Position numbers and translations under genes: made by a program. The notes under the pieces were generated by a model. It was not told the DNA's origin, made no database searches, and was given only the letters and a program-made list of their open reading frames with translations. Below are positions 59,804 to 64,000 of a DNA stretch of 64,000 nucleotides, one piece after another (the stretch's first letter is position 1; each line of letters starts with the position of its first letter). Source of the DNA: an uncultured virus (IMG/VR IMGVR_UViG_3300001592_001590) (lineage: Duplodnaviria; Heunggongvirae; Uroviricota; Caudoviricetes); IMG/VR virus record IMGVR_UViG_3300001592_001590. One strand, given 5' to 3'.

Positions 59804-60421
59804 TCAGGCCGGCGCATTGCCCGAGAGCCACCATTGCGCAAAGTCGCGCAGGTCGGTATGGATGGAGTCCGCCAACACCATTTCGGGGCCTTGGTTGGGC
59901 GAGCCCTCGGATTCACGCGTCACCAAGGCCACGTGCGTTCCCGCGCGAGGCACGCCTCGCAGGTAGGGCAAGAAGTCATCAACGAAGGCCACGGGGTTGA
60001 GCAGACTCAGGGCGTGCGCCTTGGGGCTGGGACCGGCATGCCCGCTGGCGCCGGGGGTGGCAATCACTTGTTCGACCGGAAAGCCGTGGCCAAGCAAATT
60101 GGCCCATCTGTCTTGCTCATGCTCCTGCGGCAAGGCGCTCACGACCACCAGGCGAAAGCCTGCCGCATGCAGTTGCATGCAAGCGTCCACCGCGCCGTCG
60201 ATGGCAGGAATGGACGACCAAAATTCGCTGTCAAACTGGGCGCGGAACTGCGCCAACGCTTCACCGTCCAGCCAGGGCACACCCCAGCGGTCTTTGGCCC
60301 AATAAGCGTTGGGGTTAACCAGGTCCGGGTGCTCCCCAAACGCTCGCTGCCAAGCGCGGGCGTAGGCAAGGTTGTAGTCCAGCAACACGCCATCGGCGTC
60401 GAGAGCAATGGTTTTCTTCAT
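59804..60421 (-). CDS. HAD-family hydrolase
   Basis: IALDADGVLLD, VVVS, SPK, AFVDD. Confidence 0.85.
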   Translation of the reverse strand: MKKTIALDADGVLLDYNLAYARAWQRAFGEHPDLVNPNAYWAKDRWGVPWLDGEALAQFRAQFDSEFWSSIPAIDGAVDACMQLHAAGFRLVVVSALPQEHEQDRWANLLGHGFPVEQVIATPGASGHAGPSPKAHALSLLNPVAFVDDFLPYLRGVPRAGTHVALVTRESEGSPNQGPEMVLADSIHTDLRDFAQWWLSGNAPA

Positions 60422-60442
60422 GCCAAGGTGTAGCGCTTGTGG

Positions 60443-61096
60443 TTATCGCGCACGAAGCCGACCGTCGGCGTCGTACTTGGGGGTGAACTTAAACCCGTAG
60501 TCCTTGACCGAACGTGGGTAGGGCGTCCCCGTGGGACCCTGGCCTCGGTACGTGCCGATGCGAGGAGCCTTTTCCAGGCAGGCCTCGTAGCGGGGGTCCG
60601 CCTTGGCGCAGAGCACGCGCACGACGATGTTGCCTTCCCCCGTTTGGGAAAAATTTTCCATGGTGCGCCAAGTGCCGGTTTGCCGCACTTCAATCACGTC
60701 CCCGCTTTTGAGCGCAGGCAGGTGGTCGGGAATGAGCGCCCCGGTTTGGAACAGGTACGAGCCCTCTTTCCAGACCCAGTTGCCCTGGCTGTGGTGCAGG
60801 TTCACCCGGGCCACCCGGTACAGGTACTCTGGGGTGCCCTCCACAATGCCGTTGACGTAGAGAACATTTCGGCTCACCCTGTTGTAGCGGCCTGCGAAGT
60901 CCTCATCGAAGGCAATCATGGCGGCCAGGTGTCGCTCGCGCATGTCCGCCGGCAGGTCCTGCCCCATGTTGGCCACCGCATTGCCCACGTGGAGCATGGG
61001 AGACGCTCCGCACCCCGCCAGCGCGCCCGCCGCGCAGACGCCAGCCCACAGCGCCAGCTGGCGCAGGCCTCCCGATATGCCTCTAAAATTACGCAT
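60443..61096 (-). CDS. putative lipoprotein
   Basis: Lipobox LAGC, AAGGA RBS. Confidence 0.7.
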   Translation of the reverse strand: MRNFRGISGGLRQLALWAGVCAAGALAGCGASPMLHVGNAVANMGQDLPADMRERHLAAMIAFDEDFAGRYNRVSRNVLYVNGIVEGTPEYLYRVARVNLHHSQGNWVWKEGSYLFQTGALIPDHLPALKSGDVIEVRQTGTWRTMENFSQTGEGNIVVRVLCAKADPRYEACLEKAPRIGTYRGQGPTGTPYPRSVKDYGFKFTPKYDADGRLRAR

Positions 61097-61190
61097 CTTA
61101 TTTCCTTTTAACTAGAACATTTTAGCATAGTGCAGGCCCGACGTCGAGAGGCTATACGCTTTAGGGCAACTTTTGGTAAGGGAAATTTAG

Positions 61191-61817
61191 ATGAAAGACT
61201 TAGGCTCCGCGAAGAATCGGCGCATCGTCGAGGTGTGTCGGGCTCGCCTGGCGCGCCTTCCCGTGGCAGGGCACAGCGCCTTGCGCTTTGACCCCTGGGT
61301 AGAGGGCTATCGCAACTACGTGTTTGGGGCTCGAGCCGGGCCCACGGTGTCGGTGACCTCGCTGTTTCACGAGCTGGCGCACGCCGCTCAGTTCGGGGCA
61401 GAAAAATTCCGCTACCGGGCGACAGACCACGGGTTTCAGTTCAAGGTGCCGCGAAGGTTCATCTTCGACCGGTATTGCGATGAACCCCGCACGGGCCAAG
61501 CCACGCACCGTGAGCTTCAAACCTTTGCCTACCAGCTGCACTTGCTGCGCTTGGCTGGGCACAAGGTCGCCGATGAGCACTACATCCCGTATTGCGCCCG
61601 CCTGATGCGGTTCATGCACGACTGGTGCTTCATTCCCGGAAAAAGCGATGAAGCACGCGCGCGGTACTGCGCGCAAGTCATCGAGCGGGAATTCCACAGA
61701 GTGAGCGCCATGGAAGTCAGTGACCGGCTCGAAGGCTGGCTGGACGCCACCACCCGGCGCATGCGTCGAACCAAGACACCTCTGCAATCCCTGGGCGGCT
61801 ACCTCGTTCAGGCCTGA
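61191..61817 (+). CDS. hypothetical protein with HExxH motif
   Basis: LFHELAHA and downstream REL; GCTATAC motif upstream. Confidence 0.65.
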   Translation: MKDLGSAKNRRIVEVCRARLARLPVAGHSALRFDPWVEGYRNYVFGARAGPTVSVTSLFHELAHAAQFGAEKFRYRATDHGFQFKVPRRFIFDRYCDEPRTGQATHRELQTFAYQLHLLRLAGHKVADEHYIPYCARLMRFMHDWCFIPGKSDEARARYCAQVIEREFHRVSAMEVSDRLEGWLDATTRRMRRTKTPLQSLGGYLVQA

Positions 61818-61911
61818 TTTTGCAACCCGCGCTCATTCGAGCGCGGTTTTTTGTTCCCTGCGTTTTCGCTACACGGGGCATTGCAACGTTTGCCTTTAAG
61901 GACATCTCCCT

Positions 61912-62253
61912 ATGAACAAAAAAGAACTTCTTCAACGCATTTTCCCTCAGGCCAGCGCAACCGTTCACGGGCGCGACGCCAGCGAAGTCAACGGGCTGCC
62001 CAAGGACACCGTGCCGCAGAACTGTGACATCCTGGTCCGCGCGATTAACCGATGGGACGCTCAGCGCAAGCAAGAGCACTATCTGGTGCGTATCGACGGC
62101 GTGATGCTGTACCTTCGCGTGTGCACCGCCATGGCCGGCTCGGGCTACGACGAATACGCCGCCATTTTGCGGGTGTGCGGTCCCGAGGACAATCAGGCCG
62201 AGTTCGAGTCGCGCGTGCGTAGCTCCATCGAGTCTATTTGCCGCGAGCGCTGA
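61912..62253 (+). CDS. hypothetical protein
   Basis: AAGGA RBS, GCTACAC motif upstream. Confidence 0.6.
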   Translation: MNKKELLQRIFPQASATVHGRDASEVNGLPKDTVPQNCDILVRAINRWDAQRKQEHYLVRIDGVMLYLRVCTAMAGSGYDEYAAILRVCGPEDNQAEFESRVRSSIESICRER

Positions 62254-62395
62254 GCCAGGCCCCAGACCCTCTTTCTTCATTCACCGGGACCGCTCATGCG
62301 GTCCCTTTCATTTGCATGCAGGTGGCGTCAAAAAGCCCCTCGTGGCGGGCCAGGAGGGGCTAGGAGAGGCCGGGAGGCCAGGGAGGTGGCCCGCT

Positions 62396-64000
62396 TCAGT
62401 TGGGGCTGCTCGGAGGCTTGGGGGTCGCGTCGCGAATCAAGGAACCTGCATTGTCCCGCACGAATTCCACCCGGTTTTGCTCGGTGTACTGGTCCACCCG
62501 AGGAATCATGCCGTTGGCGCTGGTACACGATGCGAGCTTGGACTCTGGGCCGCAGTCCCCCATCACCGTTTCGCTGAAGCTGCTGAGCACCTTGTCGTTG
62601 CCCGGTGAGGCGGTGTGGAAGTCTCCCAAGGTGCGGGGGCTTTACCTGGGTCGTTTCAGCTTCTTGTTGTACTTGTCCAGGTCCTCCGGCTTGTAGATGC
62701 CCTTGTTGACCCGAACGTGACCCAACAGCACGGCAGGGCTGGCCGTAATCACCGAGCCCAGGTTGGCGCCGCCAATGACTGCCATGCTCAACCCCACATA
62801 GGCCGCTTCCACGGCCAAGGCGGACGTCAGCGAGGAGAACCCAGTCACCAGCCCCTGGTTGACCAAGAAAGTTCCGAAGGTACCCATCGTGGCACCCGTT
62901 GATGCCCCTGCGGTTGCACCCGTGCCCAGGCTCAGGCCCGAGATACCCGCTGCGGACAAGATGCCCGCCAAGGCGAAGCTGCCCAGCACACCCAGGATGA
63001 GCGCCCCCAGGAAGCTCAACCCGCTCTTCTTTTGGTAGTCGATTTCCCACTTGTCTTCGTGGTCGCTCAACGTGCCACCGTCAAACTCCTCAAAAGCTAC
63101 CCCTGAGACAGCCGTCTCAAACCGTTGGCAATCGTCCCTGTCCGGGTCCGGCGCGCAAATGGCGGTGTACGTGTTCGAGGTCGAGCGCGACAGCACGTCC
63201 AAGGGCTGTGCGATGAACCACTTGGATTTGGCATGGGCATACACCCAAGTCTCGATTTTCTTCTTGAACAAGCTGCTGGACTTCTTGGTGCGTTGCGACA
63301 AGCGGGTGTCCGCAACCGACACCAGACCCAGAGGTGCCCCCGCCAAGCGCATGGCGTGCCCGATGGCCACCTGAGCGGCAGGCATGCTGATGTTCTTGAA
63401 GATGTCCGTTCCCGGCTCCAAGAAGCTCTGAAACGGGTTCACGCCGGCGGTCATGCCCGTTTTGTAGGAGTCTGGGTGGATATAGCTGCGGTTGGCCTTC
63501 CAGTGGTCCCCATGCGCGGGAGAGAACACCGCATGGTACAGCCCGGTTGTGCTTCCTTGGGCCGTGCGGCCCTTTTCCAGTTTGAACACGTCAATGCGCA
63601 AGGTGGCGTCCACGGGGTTGTAGCGGGCAAACACGTACGGCACGTTGGCGGGGAACAGGGTGTTTGCATTGGCCACGTCAGAGGCGCTCATGCCCAGGGC
63701 CAAGGCCGTGCGGTTGGCCAGCGAGACGGCCTCGCTGCCGCCTTGGATGGCCGATGTGCCGGGGGTGGCCACTGTGGGCATGTCGGCTACCCGCTGCCAC
63801 TGCAGCTTTGGATAGACCACCGGCACGCCACCGATTCGCACAGCGGCGCATCGGGCGTCAGTGCCTGAGTCCGCTGCGGCCGCGCTGCACGGGAAAGACT
63901 GGGCGTGGGCCAGGGAGGGCAGGGTGCTTGTGAGCACCAGGCTGACACTTACGACGGCGCTCAGCGCCCGCTTGACAGCGGCAGAAAACGAAATTGCGAA
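62396..64000 (-). CDS. exported protein with Gly/Ala-rich hydrophobic C-terminal region (start outside window, frameshift near 62645)
   Basis: Signal peptide ending AHAQ, hydrophobic LGALILGVLGSFALAGILSAAG segment. Confidence 0.6.

Noticed and set aside
6790..61130. Recurring TTTAG/CTAAA words in AT-rich intergenic regions as a regulator operator
   Set aside because: Many are simply GCTAAAAT, an ordinary -10 box (e.g. 38884, and reverse strand near 25287, 37783, 61119). No consistent spacing or palindrome was seen.
1..64000. Frameshifts in many genes (EAL, GHKL, trfA, recX, RNase R, tnpB, RNA ligase, DUF2779, adhesin) as mass pseudogenisation or programmed frameshifting
   Set aside because: They fall at homopolymers or near N bases, and the genes show few or no in-frame stops and intact catalytic motifs. 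Sequencing/assembly indel error is the simpler explanation; it needs resequencing.
1..64000. tRNA/rRNA genes and phage structural genes
   Set aside because: No cloverleaf with a T-loop GTTCRA in the proper context, and no capsid, terminase, portal or tail motifs were recognised by eye.

Overview
GC-rich (Betaproteobacteria/Burkholderiales-like) segment that reads as part of a large extrachromosomal element, most likely a megaplasmid with phage-like accessory content. It carries a TrfA-family replication initiator followed by five iteron-like repeats and about 70 mostly short, independently transcribed genes. No virion, rRNA, tRNA or CRISPR features were seen. Recognisable products: TyrRS, NAD kinase, RecX, an RNase R/II-family nuclease, a T4 Rnl1-like RNA ligase, three HAD phosphatases, a metallophosphoesterase, a Nudix hydrolase, an R2K-like ATP-grasp protein, a DUF2779 nuclease, two HNH proteins, a GHKL ATPase with a C-terminal HExxH motif, an IS200/IS605 tnpB element, a GT2, an Ig/LamG adhesin, and a subtilase with GlyGly-CTERM next to a rhombosortase. 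The most striking unexplained structure is a consensus sigma54 promoter with an IHF site, driving a structured ~65-nt RNA motif and then a large helical + TerD-like protein. A second, free-standing copy of the same RNA motif lies 2.3 kb away. This layout is reminiscent of, but distinct from, sigma54-dependent Ro60/Y-RNA RNA-repair loci. An element-wide non-canonical promoter motif (S)CTAYAC precedes more than 20 genes. Many genes contain frameshifts next to N bases or homopolymers, which are probably sequencing errors. All family assignments come from motif recognition by eye, not from database searches.
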